DNA from: Magnetococcales bacterium
GTDB taxonomy: Bacteria > Pseudomonadota > Magnetococcia > Magnetococcales > UBA8363
Assembly (NCBI GenBank): GCA_015228815.1
Contig: JADGCV010000006.1
Coordinates: 1,723 to 65,722 of the forward strand
DNA length: 64,000 bases
Direction of reading: 5' to 3'
Shown piece by piece: positions 36,301-45,500 of this stretch. Each line of letters begins with the position of its first letter. Within the stretch, counting starts at the first letter, position 1. The notes beneath the pieces were generated by a model. It ran no database searches, had not been told where the DNA came from, and saw nothing but the letters and a program-made list of their open reading frames with translations. The position numbers were made by a program, and so were the translations under genes.

Positions 36301-37189
36301 AACAAAATTACAGCAAATACTCCGGATTGCCAATCGATTCGCCCTCAATGAAAACAGATTGCTGCGCGTTTCGACCAATAGAATTGAACTTGACCTGGCC
36401 CTGTCAAAACATAAGTCACTCGCAAGGCTGTCTGATGATCATTGCCTGTTCGAATTCATCGAACTGCCTTCCCTGACCCGAAGACTGCAAGGACGCCAGG
36501 CGCGAATTCACTCGTTTGTTACTTGGTTGAATATTATTTTCAATGATAATCATTATAATGTGCATCACCAGTTCCATATCAATGTCAACGATCAGATGAT
36601 TCGAATCCGTATCGATCGACATGGAGAACGATTGAATGCCGATGAGATTGTCATCTTGTTCGAAAATGTCAAGACACTGTTCGACTGCTCTCACCATTTT
36701 GCCCGCTGCCCTACCGATATGGTCGATCGTTTCAAAAAATTCAATCATTCAAAAAAAATGCATCTGTTTTTCATCCTTCTCAGAGACTATTGCCGCCGTT
36801 TTGATTATTCACGACAGCGACATCGCGCCAGAAACAATTATGCATCATACATCCTCACCTATGTGAGCTTGCACCCGGATCTGTTTGATGTTTTATTGAC
36901 AAAATTGGACATGGGCTACAAACAATTCCTGAATGATGCAAGAAGAAGACTTGGTCATCGTCCGCCATTCAAACAAAACTATTTCAGGCATTGGAAAACC
37001 ATGAACCTGGAAAAAGTGTTGCTCTTATTGCTTTGCATTCGTTATCCACTGGAAATGATGCATGAATATCAGGTCAATCCCGAACGGTTGCTGACTCTTT
37101 TCAAGAAAAAAGATCTCCGTATTCACCTTTTCGACGGCGCCACAGCGAATGCGATGATCCATTCCATATCAGGGGACAACGCAAGATGA
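33314..37189 (+). CDS. PEP-utilising-enzyme-like phosphotransferase (PPDK_N ATP-grasp + swivel phospho-His domain) with ~850-aa uncharacterised C-terminal region
   Basis: IAVRSSANEDSNECSNAGRFRSILNV matches the (A)VRSSAxxED...AGQ..(Y)LNV signature of PEP synthase / PPDK / rifampin-phosphotransferase N-domains. GVVVMSGSTMDHYAILFRENSV matches the mobile-domain T-x-x-H-x-A-I-x-x-R-E phospho-His motif. I recognise no motif after roughly residue 440. The ATG at 33314 is preferred because the tracked start at 33242 overlaps the upstream gene. Confidence 0.7.
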   Translation: MIGNQIIIIKHPTEHPDRNSVTSEHFGHKGTNCFRLSWLLNTSLTPTTVLVGAGIFNEYISTISNEYSRLSATDHLSDHVFAEIVEQDFPRWLRTNHEELLRRIARVFGNVRIAVRSSANEDSNECSNAGRFRSILNVEISDLARAMGQVAGSYLLPNYVSEDTCPAEYNWKNQHQTIFGAFLIQEMIGSPLSGSQAQLVPLLHPALIEKIALETRNVMKNGFNDNPVDMEWVIVAQDVTVSVLSFSMEPNTGADVVTISCAFGAGVIVQGNNNAISTYYHDPDQPEATFVQTPPSCSTQWIGKEAKVYAVQARQTMIRGKTNQSYIQQINENHGGIHIIHGEPLVNSGAVAKGWILFSQSIESAWHDHVNMDKKDKDRCAGVVVMSGSTMDHYAILFRENSVNVFLLNTNEFHRFLDRPNQHIATDPQNSRLLACANRKILLNLPVQPGVCLSRSPAWISADFFHFRDMNTIHTPSGSQPSTPHVFFRHGIHRRIMTTINFMGNCIEEWIAPYFDADHHRKEALFQSLNTLKVLLHQANDATGSDPQWRTVRVQVNSLLSVLAALETSINRGCKETVSFYYKMIERHVATFPRRRTGMSHTFPIGNWLEEVDRTILQLVDSGIVGLHDLDPEQWADRPEMLQLIHLRDRLRPRQPWTPTTLPEPTADQEHTLAACQLLIDLYGEEARLELTRLEPLALCASSFSKMEMIQKLLNNKCISGKQNFSELLSVLRFYRSIHQDIFCEITEAMLLSAISDPGFLDRLRSFDPLQDGGRHLVEACGGNLSFQILSNSFLHANPRWSQSLSCLIDALNNTMQERQDLIELGTVGRFEALQSMDRVVSIIISPLIDLIQLAITDCCNAVPGWTHQLIGNSLDAVFELYDDLGKMCCNRLARNDYGIYDVYLKHLNAWFSTISRVYAHVGIADKERYFSYISTKLNEIDSQRPHGIGLNERTWNDLIFRYSNHPINIHQIHNVLHQSELELRGNWLQLQPIPGTKLQQILRIANRFALNENRLLRVSTNRIELDLALSKHKSLARLSDDHCLFEFIELPSLTRRLQGRQARIHSFVTWLNIIFNDNHYNVHHQFHINVNDQMIRIRIDRHGERLNADEIVILFENVKTLFDCSHHFARCPTDMVDRFKKFNHSKKMHLFFILLRDYCRRFDYSRQRHRARNNYASYILTYVSLHPDLFDVLLTKLDMGYKQFLNDARRRLGHRPPFKQNYFRHWKTMNLEKVLLLLLCIRYPLEMMHEYQVNPERLLTLFKKKDLRIHLFDGATANAMIHSISGDNAR

Positions 37190-38694
37190 ACAATCATTTG
37201 AAAGAACCGGCCCCGTTCGGCATCCTGGATTGGTCACCGGAACGGGTTCGGACCCTGGGGAGACAGATCATCGAATTGTGGGCCACCCACCTGGAACGCC
37301 TGCCATCGCTGCCGGTTACCAGACATTTGTTGCCAGAACAGGTCAAGGATGCCGTTACCTGTCCCATACCGGAGGAACCCCTTTCCGACCACCAGCTGCT
37401 GGATCACCTGAAGACCCTGTTCGTGGATCATTCCATTCATACTGGCCATCCGGGTTTCCTGGCGTACATCATGGGGATTGGAACGCTTCCTGGTACCCTT
37501 GCCGATCTGGCGGCGAGTGCCTTCAATCAGAATCTTGGCGCATGGCGACTCTCACCAGGCGCAACGGAAATCGAACTGTATCTGATCCGTTTTTTTGCCC
37601 GGCGGTTCGGACTTCCGGACACCGCCGGCGGGATCACGGTTTCCGGTGGCGCCATGGCCAATTTCATCGCACTGAAGGTGGCCCGGGACCAAAAGGGCGG
37701 ACAAGGTCTCCGTGAATCGGGTCTGTTCGGCGGTCAACGACTCATGCTTTATGCCTCGGAACGTGCCCATGTGACCATCGACCGGGCTGTGGATATGCTT
37801 GGACTGGGAACGCGATCCCTGCGCAAAATTTCCACGGATGATCAACATCGAATGCGTCTTTCTCATCTGTCCGAAGCCATCGAGCAGGACCTGAACGATG
37901 GATACGTCCCCTTTGCCCTTGTCGGCACCGCCGGCACCACGTCCCTGGGTTCCATCGATCCACTGGATGAACTCGCCAAACTCTCCCGCCGGTATGGCAT
38001 GTGGTTTCATGTCGATGGCGCCTATGGTGCGGCAGCGCTGTTGGCTGAAGGGCTTCGACCCCTGTTTTGCGGAATCGAAAAGGCCGATTCGATCACTTTC
38101 GATCCTCACAAATGGATGTACGTCCCGCAATCGGCGAGCATCGTCCTGTTCCGACAGGTGTCACAATCCGCCAACTCGTTTACCTCGGATGGCGATTATG
38201 TCTTCGAAGACAAGGAACTTACCGGCAGCGGCGTGGACATGTCCGATCTTGGACCACAATGGAGCCGGGGCTTCCAGGCCTTCAAGGTCTGGTTTTCCCT
38301 TTTGGCGCATGGCAGAAAAGCAATAGCGCAACGAATACTTCATGATGTTCGACTGACACAATTCTTTGCCGATTGCGTGACCGCACATCCTCGATTCGAA
38401 CTCATGGCCCCGCCAAATCTGTCCATTTGTTGCTTTCGCTATATACCAGAGGTCGTCTTCACGGAACCGGAACGTTGGGAGTCTCATTTGAACAAACTCA
38501 ATGAAAGGCTCATGACGGTCGTCCAAAACAATGGAAAGTTCTATCCGTCGAATGCCATCGTGAATCATAAGTTTGCACTGCGCATCTGTATCGTTAATTT
38601 TCGTACCGAGGCCGAAACTCTGACAAGTCTTCTTGATACCATTGCGGTTATTGGTGATCAAGTCCATAAAGAACTACTGAGCCATGACCATTGA
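37186..38694 (+). CDS. Group II PLP-dependent amino-acid decarboxylase
   Basis: HPGFLAYIMG, SGGAMANFIALKVARD, and the PLP-lysine block SITFDPHKWMYVPQSAS. The ATG overlaps the upstream stop (ATGA at 37186-37189). Confidence 0.85.
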   Translation: MNNHLKEPAPFGILDWSPERVRTLGRQIIELWATHLERLPSLPVTRHLLPEQVKDAVTCPIPEEPLSDHQLLDHLKTLFVDHSIHTGHPGFLAYIMGIGTLPGTLADLAASAFNQNLGAWRLSPGATEIELYLIRFFARRFGLPDTAGGITVSGGAMANFIALKVARDQKGGQGLRESGLFGGQRLMLYASERAHVTIDRAVDMLGLGTRSLRKISTDDQHRMRLSHLSEAIEQDLNDGYVPFALVGTAGTTSLGSIDPLDELAKLSRRYGMWFHVDGAYGAAALLAEGLRPLFCGIEKADSITFDPHKWMYVPQSASIVLFRQVSQSANSFTSDGDYVFEDKELTGSGVDMSDLGPQWSRGFQAFKVWFSLLAHGRKAIAQRILHDVRLTQFFADCVTAHPRFELMAPPNLSICCFRYIPEVVFTEPERWESHLNKLNERLMTVVQNNGKFYPSNAIVNHKFALRICIVNFRTEAETLTSLLDTIAVIGDQVHKELLSHDH

Positions 38695-38741
38695 CAAAAT
38701 CGCGTCCGCACCATGAATCAATTGAAAACAGGTGATGACAA

Positions 38742-40313
38742 ATGGGTACAAAAACTGCACAAGAAAGAATTCGCATGGGGTTCTCTCTGCACGAGGCCGT
38801 TCGCCATTGGGCGACCTATACTCCGGAAAAACCCCTGCTGATCAATGAACATCTTCACATCACCTATCGGGAAATTCAGGAAAAGATCATAAAAATTCGC
38901 GCCGTTCTGAGTGCTCGTCATCTTGAACCACAAACACCGATCGGTCTGCTCATGGACGATAAACCGATCTATCTGGCATCGTTATGCGCCATCCTGTCCG
39001 AGGGACACAGTGTTGTCATTTTGAACGTGGCCATCCCTGGAAATCTGCTGGCCAACATGATCCACGATTGCCAATGTCCGCTGTTGCTGACCCATGAAAC
39101 ACTTCTGGAAAAAGCGCGGCAGATCGATTGCGATCAAATCCTGGTCGATCGCATGCTCCAACAAACCCCGACCACCTTCGATCCAGCCCCTTTTCGGAAT
39201 CCAGAAAACTACAATCCAAGATACCTGGACCAGATCTGGGGCACCATCTACAGTTCGGGAACGACCGGACAACCCAAAGGGGTCGTTCGCACCGATCTGT
39301 CAATCTTGTCCGAATTGATCGGTTGGTGCTTTGAAATACCGATCGTTCGCTCCTCGACCATCTATATCAGTCGTCCGATTTATTATACGGGTGGTTTGGT
39401 TCTCAGCGCCGCGGCAATGCTTGCAGGCGCCAGCATCATTGCACCCGTTCTTCACAGTGAAATAAATTACCACGATCTGTTAAGCCGACATTCCGTTTCC
39501 ATGGCCTTCATGCTTCCCAGTGAGGTCGATCAATTGATCCAGGCCCGGATCGCATCGAGTCTGCCATGGCCTGCCCCGGAGAAAATCCTTACCATGGGCG
39601 CGCCAACATCCGTCACGTTGAAAAAATTAACAAAAAAATGGCTTCATTGCGATTATATCGAATCCTGGGGAAATTCAGAAGGTCTTGGCACAATCACCGA
39701 TCCCGATGATGTGGAACGTCGTCCCAAATCCATTGGCCGTCCCTTTCTCACCGATCGCATGTTCATTCTGAACGACAAACGAGAAATAGTGCAGAATCAG
39801 GAAATCGGTCTCATCAGTGGTATTGCCGACAGTAATTTCTCGGAATACAGAAACAGAAGTGATTTAAATCAGGAGGCAATCAACGACGACCGGGTTATTT
39901 CGGAAGACCTTGGCCATATCGATCCGGATGGCTATTTCTATATCGTTGGTCGCACCGTGGATCGCATGATTCGAAATGGACATGTTGTGTTCACCTCCGA
40001 CATCGAACGCGCCATGCTGCAAACCGAAAACTTCGAAGCCGCCAAAGTTGTCGCAATCGAACGGCCCGGAAAAGACGCAATACCGGTTGCGGCTGTGGTA
40101 TTGAAACCATCCATCACCAAAACGCCCGAGGACTTGTTACAGGATATTCACTCCTTGCTTCCACCAGAACAACATGTATCAAGTATTCTTATAGTCAATC
40201 AATTGCCGATGAATGCCGCCGGCAAGGTTGACCTCAATGCGGTTCGGGCACTGTTTTGCAAGGATGGAGCGAACTCTTTTCAAACACCAACAAATCAAGG
40301 AATAAAATCATGA
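38742..40313 (+). CDS. Adenylate-forming (ANL superfamily) acyl/aryl/amino-acid ligase
   Basis: Core A3 motif YSSGTTGQPKGVV. The 523-aa length and the C-terminal NAAGKV lysine block are typical of acyl-CoA synthetase / stand-alone adenylation enzymes. No carrier-protein or condensation domain is visible. Confidence 0.85.
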   Translation: MGTKTAQERIRMGFSLHEAVRHWATYTPEKPLLINEHLHITYREIQEKIIKIRAVLSARHLEPQTPIGLLMDDKPIYLASLCAILSEGHSVVILNVAIPGNLLANMIHDCQCPLLLTHETLLEKARQIDCDQILVDRMLQQTPTTFDPAPFRNPENYNPRYLDQIWGTIYSSGTTGQPKGVVRTDLSILSELIGWCFEIPIVRSSTIYISRPIYYTGGLVLSAAAMLAGASIIAPVLHSEINYHDLLSRHSVSMAFMLPSEVDQLIQARIASSLPWPAPEKILTMGAPTSVTLKKLTKKWLHCDYIESWGNSEGLGTITDPDDVERRPKSIGRPFLTDRMFILNDKREIVQNQEIGLISGIADSNFSEYRNRSDLNQEAINDDRVISEDLGHIDPDGYFYIVGRTVDRMIRNGHVVFTSDIERAMLQTENFEAAKVVAIERPGKDAIPVAAVVLKPSITKTPEDLLQDIHSLLPPEQHVSSILIVNQLPMNAAGKVDLNAVRALFCKDGANSFQTPTNQGIKS

Positions 40314-40909
40314 ATAACATTCTTCTTGTTATCGATGCCCAGAAAATCTACTCGGATCCAGATTCGGTGCTTTATTGTCCCGAAGTTCATTCCACTCTGG
40401 AAAAAATAAACACACTTGTGCGATCGTTCGAAGAACGAAACAAAGGTATCGTTTTTGTGCGGCATATGCACCTGCACGACGGGTCGGATACGGGAAGAAT
40501 GTATGATTTTTCAGGTCAGAGTGATGGTACGTTCAACTTTGTCCAGGGAAGTGATGAGGTCGAATTCATGGATGACCTCCACCGTCCCATCACTGCGATG
40601 ACAATAACAAAAAATCGTTACTCTGCGTTCGTCAACACGGATCTGTCCCGATTGCTGACCTCGTTGAAAGCGGATACGGTCACCATTTGTGGTTTCATGA
40701 CCCAGTTTTGTTGCGAATCCACTGCCCGTGATGCCCATGACCGTGATTTTCATGTTCACTTTATCGTCAACGCCACGGGAAATCCCGGCAGCCCCTCCCG
40801 AACCCAGGAGGAAATTCGCGACATGACCGGAGAAACGTTGCAGGAGGGGTTCGCCCTGGTTCATCGATTGGATGACTTTCTGTCGAACGCCACGGAGCTT
40901 TTGGGATGA
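40310..40909 (+). CDS. Isochorismatase-family cysteine hydrolase (199 aa)
   Basis: MNNILLVIDAQKIY start (ATGA overlap at 40310-40313). Catalytic-Cys context VTICGFMTQFCCESTARDA. There is no fused aryl-carrier domain. Confidence 0.8.
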   Translation: MNNILLVIDAQKIYSDPDSVLYCPEVHSTLEKINTLVRSFEERNKGIVFVRHMHLHDGSDTGRMYDFSGQSDGTFNFVQGSDEVEFMDDLHRPITAMTITKNRYSAFVNTDLSRLLTSLKADTVTICGFMTQFCCESTARDAHDRDFHVHFIVNATGNPGSPSRTQEEIRDMTGETLQEGFALVHRLDDFLSNATELLG

Positions 40910-41826
40910 TTGCCAATACAGTCCTGGATCTTGTCGGCAATACCCCATTGCTGAATCTCGGTCCCCTGTTCCCGGAAATGAAGGCGATTCTCTATGGCAA
41001 GGCGGAGTTTCTCAATCCCATGGGTAGCGTCAAGGAACGACCAGCCCTGGCAATGGTCGAAGAGGCCGAACGGACCGGTCGTCTCCGGCCCGGCATGACC
41101 ATCGTGGAACCAACCAGCGGCAATACCGGACTGGGACTGAGCATGGTGGGCGCGGTCAAGGGATACAAAGTCTGGATCCTTGTCGAGCGGGATATGGCGG
41201 GAGCAATTGCCCGTGTGGCCCGGGCCTTGGGGGCGCAAACCATCTTGACGGAAAATTTCAACGAGGCTGTGCGCCTGGCGGAATCCATCCAAAAAGAAAA
41301 CCCAGACCGTTATTTCCTGCCCCAACAATTCACCAATCCAGCCAATCCCCAAATCCACGTCCATACCACGGCGCAAGAGATCTTCGATGACCTCGGTCAT
41401 AACCTGTGCGCTTTTGTACATGGATATGGTTCGGGCGGAACATTCACCGGAGTTGCAAGGGCATTGAAACAGTTGAATCCAAAAATTCGTTGCGTTCTTG
41501 TTGAACCGGATACCCTGCGTCGATTCTCCGGTGGTCCCGTCACCGGATCCCAGATTCACGGCATCGGCCCGCCGTTCATTCCCCGAAACCTGGATCAGGA
41601 ACTTATCGATGACACGATCGCCGTTTCCGAAGAACAAGGTTATGAGATGGTCGTAAAACTGGCGCGCCGCTGCGGGGTTCTCTGCGGTCCGTCATCCGGC
41701 GCAATGGTCCATGCCGCTGCAAGAATCGCCGCGGACTATGGCAGCGGCGATGCCGTAGTCACCATTCTCCCCGATCGTGGCGATCGATACTTCGGGAGTG
41801 ATTTTTTTCCAGAAACCAGTACGTGA
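40906..41826 (+). CDS. Cysteine synthase / CBS-family fold-type II PLP enzyme (beta-replacement type)
   Basis: GNTPLLNL, PLP-lysine block NPMGSVKERPA, and EPTSGNTGLGLS loop. ATGA overlap at 40906-40909. Confidence 0.85.
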   Translation: MIANTVLDLVGNTPLLNLGPLFPEMKAILYGKAEFLNPMGSVKERPALAMVEEAERTGRLRPGMTIVEPTSGNTGLGLSMVGAVKGYKVWILVERDMAGAIARVARALGAQTILTENFNEAVRLAESIQKENPDRYFLPQQFTNPANPQIHVHTTAQEIFDDLGHNLCAFVHGYGSGGTFTGVARALKQLNPKIRCVLVEPDTLRRFSGGPVTGSQIHGIGPPFIPRNLDQELIDDTIAVSEEQGYEMVVKLARRCGVLCGPSSGAMVHAAARIAADYGSGDAVVTILPDRGDRYFGSDFFPETST

Positions 41827-41842
41827 CCGAACGGTATCCAAA

Positions 41843-42568
41843 ATGACCCGTACAACGCATCCCGGTATTTCGGAAGTCAATCGACAACGGTTTCATGTCC
41901 TTCCTCATGGGACACAGGATGGAGGGAATTGTTTGATTTCCATTGATGACCTGGAACGAATGGCCCAATTGGGACGGTTGAATCTTGATGAAGACCATGG
42001 ACTCTTTCTCGGATGGAGCGAAAAGAAATTCACGGCAATGAAACCTGGACCATTCCGCGGGAAAATAAAATTCATGTCATCCGTGTCGGCCACGGACACC
42101 ACCAAACCGGATGGTCATGAAATCCTCTCGATGCCCTCTTGCGCCGCGGCATGTTTCGATTGGGTCGCCGCCACCGTGGACTGGTCTGTCCCGGAAACCG
42201 CATCTTTTCTTTCGACCGTTTTCGATTGCCTCAAACCTGGAGGGCGGTTTGTTTTCATACGCACCCTCAATCGGACAGGACAGGGTTTTTTTCCTCTACC
42301 CAAAGGAAAGCGGGCATCGATTGCCAATCTTTCCAACCAGTTTGAATCATTGCTGTCCGCCGGTTTCGAACGATTGAGTTACGTTGATCGATCCATGGAA
42401 CTGAAAGTCTCGTTGGCGTCCGCTTTGACAGATCGCCCATCTGCCCCCGGCGATCCCCATTCAGCGGATACCCTGGATTGGTTGCAAACACTGTTGGCAA
42501 CCGTTGATTCGGGCGATACCGGACAAGGACTTTTCATGGGATTCCGTCCGTGCATGATCCGCTTTTGA
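41843..42568 (+). CDS. Hypothetical protein with partial class I methyltransferase-like features
   Basis: FDWVAATVDWSVPETASFLSTVFDCLKPGGRFVFI resembles the post-motif-II/III region of SAM-dependent methyltransferases. No clear GxGxG SAM loop is seen upstream. The start at ATG 41843 was chosen to avoid overlap with the upstream gene. Confidence 0.4.
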   Translation: MTRTTHPGISEVNRQRFHVLPHGTQDGGNCLISIDDLERMAQLGRLNLDEDHGLFLGWSEKKFTAMKPGPFRGKIKFMSSVSATDTTKPDGHEILSMPSCAAACFDWVAATVDWSVPETASFLSTVFDCLKPGGRFVFIRTLNRTGQGFFPLPKGKRASIANLSNQFESLLSAGFERLSYVDRSMELKVSLASALTDRPSAPGDPHSADTLDWLQTLLATVDSGDTGQGLFMGFRPCMIRF

Positions 42569-42581
42569 GAACCAACCCCAT

Positions 42582-45500
42582 TCATGGCAACACGGTCATG
42601 GTGTCGTTGGGAACTTCGGAAAAAATTTCCGGGGAATACATCGCCTCCACCCGGGTCGGAGGCAGTTGGAACGTGCCCGCGGTATTCAAACGCACCGTAT
42701 ATTCCACCTGCCATCCTCCTTTGGGAACCCATTCATAATAGACACGGTACGAGTCGAAGGTGCGCTCGGTCATGGCCGGCCAGACCCACCCCCGGGATTG
42801 CTCCCCGGCAGTCATCATCCGTGAATCCTTGCCCAAACCACTCCCCAACACCACACTCCCCGCGGGAACCGGATCCATGACCACCACCCAACTCATATCG
42901 GCCTGCGCGTCCAGTTCCAGACGTACCCGGTACAGGTCGCCACGATGCCATTCACCTTCCTTTTGACGCTCCAACGCGGTCACCGTTCTCTTGACCTGAT
43001 ACCCGGACAACAGGGGTTCCGTCAGCATCACCGCCGCCCTGCTTTCCACCATCAGCCATGGTTTTCCTTTTCCCTCATGATGAACCACCAGAGAGGCCGG
43101 TCCCTCGGACCACGGGTGCTGCACCGTTCCCCCCTGGGGTTGGACCGACCAGTCGATCGTTTTCCCATCGGAAGCAAACGAACTCGTACTCGTCCCCGAA
43201 ACCTTTTCCTTTTCGAACACCTCCGAAAAACGACGAACCGCCAACGTCCCCCAGGCATTGGCGACACTGGTGTTCCAATGGCCCCGCCGCTGCCGCGACA
43301 AACTGCCCCGCATCATCCGTCCCACATCCTCTTTCCAGCCCGCATCCGCCAACACCGTCAATACCGCCCGATTGGCATTGACATCGGGCGAGACCATCAG
43401 CCACCACAGATAATCGCCATTTTCCGTCGAGAATCTCATGGAGCCGCCCGAAAAGTTCATGCGTGTACGCAAAACATCCAAGGCTTCCCGGCGAGACGCC
43501 TCACGGTCTGGCCACGGCTCCCGGTTCAGAAGATCGATCCAATCCAATACCGTCGATGTTGGCCAATGCGCGGGATCGACGGTGACGGCGCCGGCATGAT
43601 TGGCGGTCAGCGCACCATACCGCGACAGCGCCGCCATGGCAGCAACACGGCGCAAGGTTGAATCGGCAACCCTGTATCCCGAATCCCGTCGTATCCGCCC
43701 CTCGACGAAACCAAGCAATCCCTTCTTCATCGCAGCCAGCGTCGCATCGGGAATCGTCCACCGCGCTTCATCCGCCACGGCCAGAAGATAACTGGTCAAG
43801 GATTCGCTGCCCCAGGACATTTGCGGAAAAAATTTGACCAGCCCCTCCGAATCCAGATGGCTGGGAAGCGCTGCCATGGCCTTGCCCCAAAGTTCCAGGT
43901 CCTCCAGGGCAATCGCCCGGGAAACCCTCTGTTCCATGCAGGTGTAAGGGTAGTCCCGCATGTAGGAAATCACACCCGTCAGCCCCGAGGCGAGGCTTGC
44001 CGTCAGCGAAACCCCCACGCCACCCCGTCCCGGAAGGGCGCCCTCGGGCTTTGCCCATGCCATTGTCGCCTCGTTTTCCAGCTGCGACAGGGTCGTCTGT
44101 AACACACGCACCGCAACCGCGGGGATGACCTCCTGTTGCACCTTGAGGCGATCACCGACCCCCCCCATGTCCGCCACGACCTCCCAGGACAGCGATGCGA
44201 CATCGGGAACCTTCACGTCCCAGAACACCTCCCTCGCCTCGCCCGGAGCCAGGGCCACCTCCTGGGGGGGAAGCGTTTCCACCCGCCCTTCCGCCGTGGT
44301 GCTGGCCGCGATTTTTCCCTGGACCGGTTTTTCTCCGGCATTGCGAATGGTGAATCCACCCTGGAACCGATCACCCGCCCGCACCAGTGGCGGCAGACCC
44401 GAAAACAATACAACATCGCGTGACACACGAATGCTGGTCTCCCCGGTGCCGAACAAATCGGCCCCGGCGGTCGCGACCGCGACGATGCGAAAAGAGGTGA
44501 TGGAATCGTTCAACGGAATCTTCGCCCGCGCCCTGCCATCGGCGTCCAGTTGGATCCGCCCCTGCCAGAACAACAGCGTATCGAACAACTCCCGGGACAG
44601 GCCCCGGCCACCACCGCCGCCATGAGGAAGGGCCTTCTTGCCGAAATGACGCCGTCCCACCACATGCCCCATCCCCGTCGCCGCCTCCACCTCCATGCCG
44701 CGCGGCGCCATCATGTGTTCCAAAAGTTGCCAACTGCCATTCGGCAACAATTCCAACAACCCTTCATCGACCGCCGCCAGAGCGATCTCGCCCCCTGGGG
44801 GAAGCGGTTTGCCGCTGGCGCGATGGACCACCACCGTCACCTCCGCCGATTCGCGCGTCTTGTAGACCGTCCGATCCGCGCCGACCCCAACCTTGAGTTC
44901 ATAATCGCGGTAGCCCACCTCCAGTTGCGTCATGCCCAAACGCAAGGAGGGCCGTCCCAGATCGACCAATGCCGTCGGTTGCGATTCGCCACTGCGTCCC
45001 CGGACCGCCATCACCGCCACAAAGACATTCGGTCCATAATGGCCCAGAATCGGCAGCGAAACCCGTGGCGACCGGCGCGAAAGCGGTTGGACATAGGTAT
45101 CCATCACCCCTTCCCGGGCAACGACCACCAGGGCCGTCGCCTCCTGAAACGGCAGCCGCGCCTGCAATAGGGCCTCTTCTCCCGGTTCGTAACGCCGTTT
45201 CTCGGGAACAAGATCCATCCGGTCGCCATCCCGGGTATGAAACCAGGTCTCGTCCGAATCATCATGGACCCACAGGTCATCATGAACCTCCCCGACATGG
45301 CCCGCCTCATCGACAACCCGGGCCTGAAGAATCAGATTCCCGGATCCGGGCGGAACCCCCTCGCAAAACAATCGGCCCAGGGCATCACTCTTCCCGGAAC
45401 AGAATTCCTTGATCGGCGTCACCTCCTCATGATGATCATAGGAATAAAAGCCGCCCAATAAACGTTTTCTATGACTGAATGTTTTACGTTGCAAAAGATC

